A stretch of 51,350 nucleotides of DNA, counting the filler, from Jimgerdemannia flammicorona (Eukaryota), in assembly GCA_003990765.1 (NCBI GenBank). It is 2 parts of 2 records of this genome, joined end to end, with 100 filler letters (N's around TTAATTAATTAA, not from the genome) between each part and the next. Parts side by side here need not be neighbours in the genome. Positions count along the whole stretch, not along the records: positions 1 to 25,626 come from RBNJ01000810.1; 1 more part is not named here. One strand, given 5' to 3'. Under the pieces are notes generated by a model. It saw only the letters and a list, made by a program, of their open reading frames with translations, had not been told where the DNA came from and searched no databases. Shown here piece by piece: positions 1-11,761 of the stretch (positions within the stretch are counted from its first letter, which is position 1; each line of letters begins with the position of its first letter). Made by a program: the position numbers and the translations under genes.

Positions 1-127
1 TTCGGTTTGACTCAGCTTCGTGATCAGGCAGGTGATTTCCAGATTTGTTCGGAGGTCGCGTGTGATTTCAGTGGCTTGTCCAGAGGGTGACGTGTGATTT
101 CGGTGGCTTGGAGGTTGTGCGCTTACA
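1..127. mobile_element. End of an LTR (…GCGCTTACA) of a younger LTR retrotransposon inserted into Gypsy G0
   Basis: Ends in TTACA at 127 exactly where the G0 dUTPase frame breaks off. It is CpG-rich unlike its flank and has an internal repeat GTGTGATTTC(A/G)GTGGCTTG at ~60 and ~92. The rest of the element is outside the window. Confidence 0.6.
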
Positions 128-1701
128 TATTGAGGAGTCTAGGCCTTCAGGTGAAGCTTCTTGATCTTGAGCTTAGGTTGACTGGAGTAGGGTTGATAGG
201 TATATCTTTAGACAATACAGTATCTGGTCTAGAAGGTTTTCTGGCCTTCTTAGAATATTTGATTGCAATGTGTCCTATTTGGTAACAGAAGAAATAAGCT
301 TCAGATTTCTTCAGGCAGTTCTTTTCTTCAGGGGTAAGCTTGGTGCTCTTTTTATTTATAGTGTTCAAATCTATTAGTACTGAGCCAACTGTCCTTGGTT
401 GGTTTCTGTAGTGTTTCTCAAAGTAGTTCTTCTTGTGGTATTCTGACTCAAAGTAGTTATCAAAGATAATAACATCAAACCTATCAGCAATTCTCATAGC
501 TTCATCAAGACTTTATAGCTCTTCTAGCTCAATCTTGACTTATGTATTTTTCTTCAGACCTTGGACAAAGCAGTCTATCTTTTTATTCTCAGCTATCACT
601 AGTAGTTTGAGTAAGATTGATAGAAATTGTATATTATAGCTTTACATAGACTTAAGTTGCTTAATATTCACTAGCTTATCTCTGGCTAGCTTAGTAGTAT
701 TAGTAGGCTTGAACTGCTTATGAAGAGCTCTCTTGAAAACTTCTCAATCCTTGATTTGTATATTTGAATACATAGATGTAATTATAATATAATTGTGTTA
801 CTAAATGACTATATTCCCTCAGAGAAGTGTGGCAGCAAATTGGACTTGCATATCTTCTTCTATTCTTATAGGCTTGAAGTATTGATCCAATTAAAAGATC
901 CATATATCTGTAAATAATCCTCCTCAGTGACTATCAAAGGTATCTGACTTGAGTAACTTGAAACTGACTAGTATAATAGCAGAATGTGATATACTCATAG
1001 TTCTTGTTTTCTGCTGGTCTAGTTGTACTTGAAGTACTTAGATTTGGTAGACTATAGAGATGATCATATCCTTTATGCTGACTTGTAGTTCTTCTGCTTC
1101 TCTTATAGCAGAGAGATCTGGCTAGTAGACTGACTCTTTATGACTCATTTCAGGTTTATATAACTAGTTGTGACTGGTTTCTGAATTTGTATAGGGTTTC
1201 TTAATAAGGCAAGATATAATGATACTACTGCTATCAAGTATAATAGTTCTAGTTTCTTTAGAGGAAGCAGCTAAATCTGAAAGTTCTAGTTGGTCTAAAG
1301 TAGCTTAAAGAAATACTTAAAGGTTCAAGTTTTCTTGAAGGATTTCTGGGAAAAAATATTCTGGACTTTATTTAGGTAGAGAATAAGGATATTTATATAT
1401 GATCTAAAAGAAAGATCTGGAAGGATCTTGAAAAGAAAAAAAAATGCCAAAAAATAGATTTTTGGCAAAGCTGACTAATATGATTCTATAATATTCTGAA
1501 AGGTTCTATAACTAGCTAAGACAAGATGCTTAGCATCAAGGAAAGACAAGAATGTTTTAGTAGTATCTAGGTGCTGAGAGGAGATTTCTAAGTAAGTAAA
1601 AGATGGTGGAACATAGTAGAATATTCAAAAAATGACAAGAAAAGACTAACTAAAAGATGTAAAAATATACTAGAACTAAATATAACTGTAGAATTATTAT
1701 A
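128..1701 (-). mobile_element. Degenerate Ty3/Gypsy element G0 (relative of G1): 5' LTR, PBS, gag and start of dUTPase
   Basis: ~1239-1701 resembles the G1 LTR (TATAATAGTTCTAGTTTC vs TGTAATGGTTCTAGTTTC). A PBS-like TGATAGCAGTAG lies on the minus strand at ~1225-1236. ORF 147..497 is homologous to G1 gag (IADRFDVI, decayed zinc knuckle, VLSKD). The -1 frame at ~130-180 reads KLKIKKLH(L)KA*TPQ, a dUTPase N-terminus. Confidence 0.8.
147..1150 (-). pseudogene. gag: Gag of G0 (capsid and CCHC knuckle), RIP-degraded
   Basis: ORF 147..497 aligns with G1 gag 16065..16607. Upstream segments carry many stops, so the 5' limit is approximate. Confidence 0.75.
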
Positions 1702-2417
1702 TAGTAGAAAGAATTATTGAGGTAAAGAGAAGTGAGATAATACAAATACTACTAAAATAGATAATAATGGTAGTAAGTTTTTATATAAGCAGTACTATAT
1801 TCCTATTATCAGTTCTGCTAGTATGAGATCTATAAGCAGTTTCACTACTACCAAATTTACCAACTTGTTATCTATGAATTCTAGTCAACAGCAAAATACT
1901 TTTTACTTAATGAAAAGTAGCAATAATATTAATACTAAAAATACCAACAGAGTGAGCAGTATTTCCAGCCTTATATCTAATAAATATACTACAAATATAG
2001 CTGATGATAATGATATCTAGCTTATAGATTCTGGAGCCATATAATATATGATACTATATTGAAAATGGTTCTCTATATATGAGCCTTTCAAGCACTCTAT
2101 ACCTTTAAACTAAGAGATAATAATATCATCTATACTTAAGGAAAGAGAAATATAGAGATACATCTCTATAGTAATATTATATAACTTACCAACATCTTCT
2201 TAGATATACTATATACTCTAGAAATCGGCAAACCTTTTCTTAATAGATAAGATAATATCCTATAGTAATAAAGAAATACATATATATTTAAAAGATACAA
2301 TTATATATATATATATATATAATTTAAATGACAATAAGTTGATAATAGTCTTGAAATATAGTAATCTTTATATAATTAATAGTATACTGAATAGAAATAG
2401 TATGAAAGCCTCTGTAT

Positions 2418-3880
2418 TGTCACATAGTGATTGCTGAGTCCTTCAAATATGTCAGATTCATCTCTTAGACTAACCATAAGTTTGTTATAAGCAAGGTCTT
2501 ATTGGAGTATCTTCTCAAGATCTTATAGTCTTCAAACTTCTTATTTTTAAACTGTCTTATTATCTCTTAGATTGCTTGTATGGAATTGAGAGTAAGTGAA
2601 CTGGAACTGACTTTATTTTAAAGGAAATAAGAGAAGTATTTATATAAAATATAATTCAATAGTTGCTAAGTTATAAAGCTAAATATAAATTCTAATCACT
2701 AAATAAAATACTGGAACACAGAAAACTATAGTTGTAAGTACAAGTTCAAGTATCTGTACAAATAGTTATAAAAGTTCAAAATGTCAGTAGAATATCAGTA
2801 GTACAGGAAAAGGATATCAGAAGAATTTCTGGATTATGCAAGATCAGAATACTAGAAGAATAACAGTTATACAGAAAAAGGATGCTGGTAGAATCTGGTG
2901 TTACCAAGAACTTAAAGCAGAATGTTCAGGACTATGGAGGCTTCATCCTTGTCATTACTGAAGGAGATGAGATCTGTAAACATTTCATCTATCTCATCAC
3001 ATATGTCATGTATTTTGTATACTTCACATATATCATATAGAATGATGGTATTGCTGATGATGTCATTACATTTGGTAGTGAGAAGAATAAAGAAATCTGA
3101 GGCTCTCCAATCTATGACATTCTCTTTCACAAATATGAAGTCTTGGAGAGGTCTAACATGGATGCTGGGGCCTTGAAATATTAAGATCAATCCTTATAAG
3201 AACTGATCAGAATTGTCCTTGAGGATAGGATTCCCAAACTCTTCTACCTCATCACTATTGAGAGTGATAGTGGACTGAGCCTCTGTAGCCACCATGACTT
3301 CTAGTACATTGGTACAGCAGGCTGACAGTTTCTTGAAATCTGAGATTCTAGTACATATACTTCAAGTTGGAGATTGACCATGGTACATGTCTAAAGATCT
3401 GATAAATCTTCTTGGCTATCCTTATTTCATGTATATCTATAGGAGTGGTATCTTGTATTTCTTGGTGACTGGCCTGAGAGAATTCCTGGTAGAGGAGATT
3501 TCTTATTTTATACTCCTGCCACATCCAGAGACATTCAGTAGTAATAGTAATTCTTGTTCCTATTTTGCAGTAGTAGAGGATATAATGATAGGAGTCATCA
3601 GTACTCAGATTGATACTAGGAGTCCTTCTTGTATAGATTCTCATAGCTCTTCTGATGTCTTGGAACATTCTATCCTAGACTGAGAGGCCTTAGTGGTTCC
3701 TGAACCTTGAGGTTTGGCAAGTTGTAGGCATTTTGTTTATAGTAAGTCTTTTAGAACTATTTCTGTAAGCTTTGTTTGGATTACTGCTACTGTAATTTCT
3801 TGATTCTTCTTTTATATTCCTCAAGATATCTGTCTTGTAGTTGCAATGACTCACAGTTGGTCATCATTACTCATCTTGTA
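2418..3880 (-). mobile_element. Solo long LTR of the G2 family, missing about 90 bp at the right end
   Basis: Begins TGTCACATAGTGATTGCTGAGTCC and is colinear with 5612-7100. Copia coding sequence resumes right after it. Confidence 0.85.
2912..3731 (-). pseudogene. LTR-internal ORF, copy 1 (unknown product)
   Basis: ORFs 3348..3668 and 2912..3190 match the reconstructed ORF at 10499-11380. ATG is at ~3729-3731. Confidence 0.65.
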
Positions 3881-5235
3881 GCCCAGATGAGTCATACTAT
3901 ATAATATTAATACTTAGAATATATTGACAAATTAATTCTTAGAAGAATGATCTAAAGTAGCTTAGTAAATGGATTACTGATATATATATATCTAGAGGAT
4001 GACTTTTGCAAGATATATATGAAAAACAAAGCATCCTGATAATTATTTAAGAAATGATTAAAACTATATCTGGGATTCTTGATCTCATATATATAGATAT
4101 ATATAGGCCAATATATATATTATTATACTTTAAAAAGAAGTATTTTATCATATTTATCAATAATTATATATATATATATAAAGTATATATATATTTCTTA
4201 TTGACAAAGTGTGAAGTACTAGAGTAGTTCAAAGAGTTCAAAGTAATTACTAAAAATTAGACAGAATGTAGAGTACATACTATATAATTAGATAATAGAT
4301 ATAAATATATCAATAATATATTCAAGTAGTTTCTGAAAAAATATGATATATATTATCAAATAATAGCTTCTTATATACCTCAGCAGAATGGTATAGCCAA
4401 GTAATTTATTTATACAATCATTGAAATAGCTCAAATAATGATCAATACTACTAGATTATTATATTCTTATTGAGCCAAAGTTATTAATATAGTAGTATAT
4501 ATATATACATACATAATTAGTATATATCTTGAGTACTAAGTAAGAATTATAGTAATAATAAGTATAGAGATGATAATCTTAGCCCTGAAGAATTATAGAG
4601 CAGATCCAAGCTAAATATATCTCATCTATATATATTCAGATACAATGTATATATCCTCAATAAGAGTAATATAAATTGATATAAATTCAAGCTAAAAGCC
4701 AGCAAGTATATATTTTTAGAGTATTCTAGCAAGGCATATTAACTCTGTGATCCATATAAGTGGCATATAGTTATATTACATAACATATAGTTTAGAGAAA
4801 AAGGAATTCAAGAATTCTATATAGATGTACCAGTCAAGACATCTATATCTATATCTTATATCTCAGCTAGTATAGATATAATAACTAAAGCAACTGGTAC
4901 CAACCTCTCTAGTAGTTAATTAAAATTATTTTTAACTACTATATATCTCTAAGCTAGAGTTATCTAAACTAAGAATAATGAAGATCAAGGATGAAGATAA
5001 TGGTAAAATCTCCAGTAATGAGAGATTCTTCAAGAAGAGTAAGCAAAAGTGCTCAAATATTTACTAAGAAAGTTATTCTGATTTAGAAAATTATTGAGTT
5101 ATATCAGTAAGCTCTAGATGGTAACATAGTGCTCTAAATGAGTCAATTCAAATCAAATCTGGATTCAATTCATCACATGATAGTTTGATCTAAATCTCAA
5201 ATCTGAAACAATTTGAATCAACTTGAATTAATCTA

Positions 5236-5580
5236 AATTACTCCATCCAAATCACTCCATCTGAATCACTCTATTCAAATTACTTCATCTGAATTACTCT
5301 ATCTAAATTACTCTATCTGAATCACTTTATCTGAATTATTTCATCTGAACTACTAAATTCAAACTACTCAATCTGAACCACTCAATCTAAATTACTTAAT
5401 CCAAATTACTCAATCTGAACCACTCAATCTGAATTTCTCAATCTGAATTATTCAATTCAAATTATTTAATCTGAATCATTCAATCTGAATTATTTAATCT
5501 AAATCACTCAATCCAAATCATCTCATTCAAATCATCTAATCTGAATCTATTAATCGAAATCCTCCAATTCAAATTTTCCA
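5236..5580. repeat. hAT1 subterminal tandem array, about 24 copies of a 14-bp unit (consensus ~GAATCACTC(C/A)ATCC)
   Basis: Units such as AAATTACTCCATCC, AAATCACTCCATCT and GAATCACTCTATTC are directly visible. The same array appears inverted at ~40544-40725. Confidence 0.9.
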
Positions 5581-5611
5581 TATAACTCATATACTGGATG
5601 TATTTATATAA

Positions 5612-7191
5612 TGTCATATAGTGGTTGCTGAGTCCTTCAAATATACCAGATTCTCTTCAAGGTATATCTCTTAGACTAACTTAAGTTTGTTATAAGCAAG
5701 TTCTTATTGGAGTGCCTTCCCAAGGTCTTATAGTTTATCTTTAAACTGTCTTGTTATCTCTTAGATTGCTTACAAGGAAGTATGTATATTATACTGAAAG
5801 AAACTAAATAGACTGACTTTATTTTAGAGAAAATAAGAAGAGTATTTATACAAAATATAATTCAATAGCTGCTAAGATATAAAGCTAAATATAAATTCCA
5901 ATAACTAAAATAAAATGCCAGGATAGGAAAAACTGCTAAGTTCCAGGGTTGGCACTAATTGTTGTACAGGTTCAGAATGCTAGAATAATTCAGTATCACA
6001 TCAGAATACCAGTGCTGGCATTATTCAGTATTATATCAAAATACCAGTACTAGTATTATTCAGTATAACTAAGGGACTTAGAGCAGAATATTTAAGACCA
6101 TAGGGGCTTCATTCTCATCAGAGGTAAGAATGTCTTCAAAGGAGATGAGATCCATAAATGTCTCATCTGTCTTATCATCATCATCATGTAGGTCACATGT
6201 TTCATGTACTTCATGTATGTTATACATCTTGTATATATTATACAGGATGATGTCATCACCAATGATGTCATCATTTTTGCTGGTAGCGGAAAGGAGGTCT
6301 GGGGCTCTCTAGTTTATGAGGTTCTCTTTTACAAAATAGAGAACAAATGTGGGGTCTTGGGGAGGTCTAACCTGGATGCTTGGTCCTTAGAATACTGAGA
6401 TCAATCCTTGCAGAAATTGGTCTGGGTTGTCCTAGAGGATGGGATGCCAGAAGTCTTCTACTTCATCACTATTGAGAGTGATAGTAGACTGGGCTTCTGT
6501 AGCCACTCTGGTTTCTAGTACATTGATATGGCAGGATGACAGATCTCTGAAATCTGAGACTCTAATATACTCTAAGTTGGGGATTAATTATGGTGTATGT
6601 CTAAAGATTTGATAGATCTTCTTAGCTATCCTTACTTCATATATATATATATGTCCATAGGAGTGATATCTTGTAACTCTTGGGGGCTGACCTGTAGGAA
6701 CTCCCAGTAGTGGAGGTTTCCTATTTTGTACTCCTGCTATATTTGAAGGTATTCAGTAGTAATGGTGATCCTTGTTTCCATTTCATAATAGTAGAGAATA
6801 TAATGACAAGGGTCACCAGTACCCAGGTTGACACTAGGAGTCCTTCTTGAGTGAGTCTCCATGGCTCTTCTGATGTCTTGGAATATTCTTTCTTTGACTG
6901 AGATACCTTAGTGGTTCCTTGACCTTGAGGTTTAGCAAGCAGCAGGCATTTCATTTGTAGTAAGTCTTTAAGCTATTTTGAGATTAGTGGGTCTTATTAG
7001 TTGCTGCTACTATAGTTCCTTGATCCTTCTTTTATATTCCTCAAGATACCCACACTGTGGTCACAATGACTCACAGTTGGTCATCATTACTCATCTCATA
7101 TACCATATGATCTTCTTGTACTCTGATCTGGTGGCTTGTAAGAAAAGGCTGTTTTTTGTGCTGATGTTATCATTCTGGAGTCACCATTACA
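5612..7191 (-). repeat. G2 3' LTR (1580 bp), containing ORF copy 2 (~6077-6950) and ~33-bp repeats (~5975-6070)
   Basis: Direct repeat of 10302-11613 and 2418-3880, with TGTCA…TTACA ends. Confidence 0.9.
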
Positions 7192-7327
7192 TATTTTTCC
7201 TGAATAAGGATCTTCTTGAGCATCTTTATTTATTGATCTAGTCCTGAAAAATTTGCTGATCCCATAACCTCTGGCAAGGGGTCAAAAAGTGGTATTTATG
7301 GGCTAGTATCTTTCCTTTATATTTTGG

Positions 7328-7543
7328 TATGATGGTGAAGAGATACTCCCTTCATATAGAGCAAGGGCCTGATTCTGATCTTGACCAATCAGTTGATAGT
7401 TCAAACTCCTCTGACTTCAAAAGTCTCATGGATGAGTAGTTACTAGTGCCATATCTCTTAGAGAATGGTCCAGACAGATAGCCTGCTGGTCATAGGATAT
7501 GCTGTTATGATTTGTGGACTAGAATCTCATGGGCAGTCATCAC
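7328..7543 (-). ncRNA. Putative conserved structured RNA element in the G2 3' UTR
   Basis: Shares ordered sequence blocks and covarying stems with 12260-12486 (see findings). Confidence 0.6.
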
Positions 7544-7556
7544 ATTTTGCTTCTCT

Positions 7557-10301
7557 TATATAGGTTCATGGTACTTCTTGAGTCTGTTCCTGTGCACTGT
7601 AGTAGGCAGTATGGTCTCTGAGATTTTTCTAAGCCAGAAGATAGTTCCCTTAATATCTTGTACATAGAAGGGTTCTTCTTATTTAGGCTCCAGTTTTTAT
7701 GACCATGAGGCTTCTACCATATTTAAATACAGTAGGACCTTTTCTCCAATTCAGATGGGTTCTAGAGTCTTGTGATTCTTTTTCACATTCTTCCTTATCA
7801 GTACTTGTAACTTGATAATGTAATCTTCAGCCTTCTTTCTGATTTGGTGTAGTCTCTAGATTTCTACATTGATCTGTCTCCAAGTTAGATCTAGATTTAT
7901 AGCTGAGGTTCCATCAGAATTTTCTTCTCCAAAGAGCAGTTCTCTTGGGATAAAGTGTATGCTCTGTGACCATATGTCTCATAGGACAGAGAGGACAGTT
8001 GGGAGATAATTATCCCAATTCTCATATATCTCTGAGATCTTTGCTAAGATGTTCTTGAGGGTCTTATTAATTCTCTCTGTCTGTTCATTTCCTTGAGGGT
8101 GATATATGGTGGTCTTGATGTACTGGATCTTGTATTTCTAATATATTATCTTGTGGAATCCATTGACAAATTCTGTACTGTGGTCTGTTGTGATTTGCTT
8201 TGGTGTCTTGTAGTGGCAGATGCTTTCTCAGTACAGGAAGTTAGCTATAGAGAGGGCATTGACTTCTTGTAATACTTCTGCTTCTATCTATTTGGTAAAG
8301 AGGTCTACAATAACTATAATATAGCAGTTTCCTGATAGTATTACTGGTAGTGGCCCAATGATATTCATTGCATTGTGGTGAAAGGAGATAGACTCAATTC
8401 TTGATGACCCAGGTGCCTGGTCTTGCTGATCTTGTTTCTGTTTTTGGTACTTATCATATCCTTTGACAAATTGGCACAGATCTTCTTCTATCTTGGGCCA
8501 CCACATAGTTCTTCTTACTTTGTCATATGTGTTGATTCCTCCTAGATATTCTTACTCATATACTTCCTTCATTACTTGATACTTCTTGTATTCAGATATT
8601 ACTAGCTTTTCTTCTTTTCTAAGTATAGTGTTGTCTAGTTCAAACTGTTTCCAAGTCCAGTTGATGATGGTAATTGTCCAGGGTTCAAGGTGGTTGGGCA
8701 TCTTCCACTGCTCAAGATAGCTGATTAATTCATAGTATAACTCCTTATTCATATTGAGTAATCTTGATGGAGGTATTTTGAGGTGTCCTTGAGAGTACAT
8801 CAGCATTGGTGTTGGTTCTTTCTGAGCAGTACTTGATAGTATAGTCATACTCTTACAACCTGTAGATCTATCTGGCATATATTCCTTTAGGGTTCAGAGT
8901 GTGAAATAGCCAGACAAGAGCAGAATGGTCTGTTTGAATAGTGAAGTGTTTCCCAGCTAGGTAGTAGTGGAACTTATCTACTGCTCAAACTACTGCTAAG
9001 CATTCAAGCTTGTATGACTTATAGTTCTGTTCTGCTCTACAGGTACCTTGGCTTACATAGAAGATGACATATTTATGTCTATCTTTCTTTTGAGCTAGGA
9101 CTGCTCCAAGTCCTATAGTGCTTGCATCTGTCTGCAGAATGAATTCTAGGTTCCAATCTGGTCTTCTGAGGATAGGTGCTTGGATCAATCTGGTCTTGAG
9201 TTTATTGAAGGTTTCTTAGTATTCCTTGGTCTATTCAAATTTGGTTTCCTTCTTCAGTAGCTTATAGATAGGTGCTGTAATATTGGAGTATCCTTTGATA
9301 AATCTTCTGTAGTAGCTGGCCAGTCCAAGGAAGGCATGGACTTCTGTGGTTGTTCTGGGTCTCAGATAGGCTGCAACAGCCTCAATCTTCATAGGGTCTG
9401 TGTGGATTCTGATCTGGTTGATAAGGTGTCCTAGGTAGGTGATTTCTTGAGCCACAAACTTACATTTCTTGGGCTTGATGTAAAGGCCATGCTCCTTGAG
9501 CTTCTTGAGGGCTGCTGTATGTGATTGATATGTTCCTATGTAGTATTGCTGAAGATGATCACATCATCAACATAGACAAAGAGCCATTTTCCAATCTTGT
9601 TGCTGAAGACTCTGTTCATCATTCACTAGAAACTTGCTAGGGTATTGCACATTCTGAATGGTATTTGCAGGTAGATATAGGTAGTGTCAGATGTGATGAA
9701 GGCTTATTTCTCACTAGCATCTTAAGTGAGACCAATCTGATGGAAGCCTGAGAACAGATCCAAGGTGGTATAGTATTTGGCTTTGCTTCCAAGAGTGGTA
9801 AGGATATTTTGAATATTTGGCAAGAGCTGCTTATCCTTCTTGGTAATGGCATTGAGCTTCCTGTAGTCAATATAGAGTCTTGGTGCAAACTCTCCAGGCT
9901 TACTTGATGATTCCAGCTTCTTCTATTTCCTTGAGTTCTGCTTGCAGCCATTCTCTATAGGCAAGTAGTATGGGTCTGGCTTTCTGGTAGATGGGCTTGG
10001 TATCAACAGTGTCAACTTCATGATAGTACTTGGATTCTTGATTGTAGATATCCCTGAAGTCTGTAGCAAGTACTTCTTTGTTCTGATGTAGGATCTTGAG
10101 AAGTTGTTCTTCCAGAGGAAAGTTTTCTCCAATAGTATATGTGTGCTTGTTCTGGTCCTTGTCTTTCTTATGCTCAAGTTCAGTGATCTTGATAGTAGTA
10201 TAGGCTCCTCCTCTAGTAGATCCAAAGCCTTGTTCTCCTCTCTTGGTCTTGATGAGTTCAATGGCTTCAACAATCTTGAGTTTCTTGATTTTGTGGATCA
10301 G
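7557..10301 (-). pseudogene. pol: G2 pol remnant: dUTPase C-terminus, RT, RNase H, integrase (no chromodomain)
   Basis: RGEQGFGST dUTPase motif V (ORF 9900..10340); VYVDD at ~9563-9577; FLGLASYYRRFI; LQTDASTIGLGAVL and LECLAVV; integrase IIGPLP/VDLFTK; ends HRNRLKKYH. Confidence 0.9.
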
Positions 10302-10498
10302 CAATGGTTGATAAGATATAAAGCTAAATATAAATTCCAATAACTAAAATAAAATGCCAGAATAGGAAAAACTGCTAAGTTCTAGGGTCAGCACTAATGG
10401 TTGTACAGATTTAGGATACTGGAATAATTCAGTATTTCATCAGAATGCTGGTGCTGGAATTATTTAGTGTTACATCAAAATGCTGGTGCTGGTATTAT

Positions 10499-11380
10499 TC
10501 ATTGTAACCAAGAGACTTTGAGCAGAATGTTCAAGACCATAGGGGCTTCATTCTCATCAGAGGTCAGAATGTCTTCGAAAGAGATGAGGTCCATGAATAT
10601 CCTATCTATCTCATTGTTGTCATTACATAGATCATGTGTTTTATATACTTCATATATGTTATGCATCTCGCATATATCATGCAGGATGACATCATCACCA
10701 ATGATGTCATCATATATAGTGGCAGCGAGAAGGAGGTCTGGGGCTCTCCAGTCTATAAGGTTCTCTTCTACAAAATAGGAGACAAATGTGGGGTCTTGGG
10801 GAGGTTTAACCTGGATGCTTAGTCCTTGGAATACTGAGATCAATCCTTGTAGGAATTGGTCTGGATCATCCTGGAGGATGAGATGCCAGAAGTCTTCTAC
10901 TTCATCACTATTGAGAGTGATAGTGGACAGGGCTTCTATAGCCATCCTGATTTCTAGTACATTGATATAGTGAGATGACAGATCTCTGAAATCTGAGACT
11001 CTAACATACTCCAAGTTTGGGATTGATCATAGTACATGTCTGAAGATTTGATGGATCTTCTTAGCTGTCCTTGCTTTATATATATCCATAGGAGTGGCAT
11101 CTTATAACTCTTGGAGGCTGACCTGTGGAAACTCCTGGCAGAGGAGGTTTTCTATTTCATACTCCTGCCATATTTGGAGATATTCAGTAGCCATGGTGAT
11201 CCTTGTTTCCATTTTACAGCAGTAGAGGATATAATGATAAGGGTCACCAGTACTTAGGTTGACACTAGGAGTCCTTCTTGAGCAAGTCCCCATGGCTCTT
11301 CTGATGTCTTGGAACATCCTTTCTTCAACTGAGATGCCTTGGTAGTTCTTTGACCTTAAGGTTTAGTGAGCAGTAGGCAT
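10499..11380 (-). pseudogene. LTR-encoded ORF of ~290 codons, unknown function (best copy)
   Basis: A single frame runs from ATG 11380 through ORFs 11102..11317 and 10499..11014 (882 nt, no frameshift). The three internal stops are sense codons in at least one other LTR copy. Confidence 0.75.
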
Positions 11381-11450
11381 TTGGTTTGTAGTAAGTCTTT
11401 GAGCTATTTTGGGATTAGTGGGTATTGTTGGTTGCAGTTCCTTGATCCTT

Positions 11451-11460
11451 CTTTTATATT
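11451..11460 (-). promoter_or_regulatory. TATA box (AATATAAAAG) of the G2 LTR
   Basis: Conserved in all three LTR copies (~3810, ~7030, ~11451), about 70-80 nt upstream of the LTR ORF ATG. Confidence 0.55.
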
Positions 11461-11761
11461 CCTCAAGATACTCATCCTGTGGTCACAATGACTCACAGTT
11501 AGTCATCATTACTCATCTCATATGCTATATGATCTTCTTATGCTCCAATCTGGTGACTTGTAAGGAAAGGCTGTCTTCTGTACTAATGTCATCATTCTGA
11601 GATCACCGTTACAATAAATATATATATGTAAATACATATATATACAAATATATATATATGCAAAAATATATATATAAATACATAATACATATATCAATAG
11701 ATCAGTCTTCAACAGTTCATAGTACTGATGATACTTTAAGTCAAATATTCTTAATAGTTTC

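Larger units (their letters stand above)
1702..5126 (+). mobile_element. Heavily RIP-mutated Ty1/copia pol fragment (protease, GAG-pre-integrase, integrase), split by a solo LTR
   Basis: After reverting transitions: WLIDSGAT-HM at ~2018-2050, IWHQRLGHI at ~3899-3925, DLIHTDICGP at ~4081-4110, YTPQQNGIAER at ~4372-4404, KCIFLGYS and KAYRLWDP at ~4705-4760. PR-IN order is copia-type. Confidence 0.8.
5612..11613 (-). mobile_element. Ty3/Gypsy element G2 with long LTRs; gag and protease deleted
   Basis: TGT…ACA termini. 4-bp TSD ATAA at 5608-5611 and 11614-11617, with the empty site seen in hAT2 at ~40514. 3' LTR is 5612-7191 and the partial 5' LTR is ~10302-11613, with RT/RH/IN between them. 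Confidence 0.9.
10302..11613 (-). repeat. G2 5' LTR, truncated at its inner end
   Basis: Matches 5863-7191. It joins the dUTPase sequence through a CAAT microhomology at 10302-10305. Confidence 0.85.

Noticed and set aside
5236..5580. CRISPR-like or telomere-like array
   Set aside because: Head-to-tail 14-bp units with no unique spacers, attached to a hAT TIR in a eukaryotic context.
7100..7493. Possible env-like or extra ORF between G2 integrase and the LTR
   Set aside because: Every frame has several stops and there is no transmembrane or signal pattern. Similarity to G1 fits base pairing better than codons.
7535..7555. AAGCAAAATGTGAT resembling the start of a dicistrovirus IGR IRES
   Set aside because: Short AT-rich match, absent from G1, with none of the downstream IRES loops.
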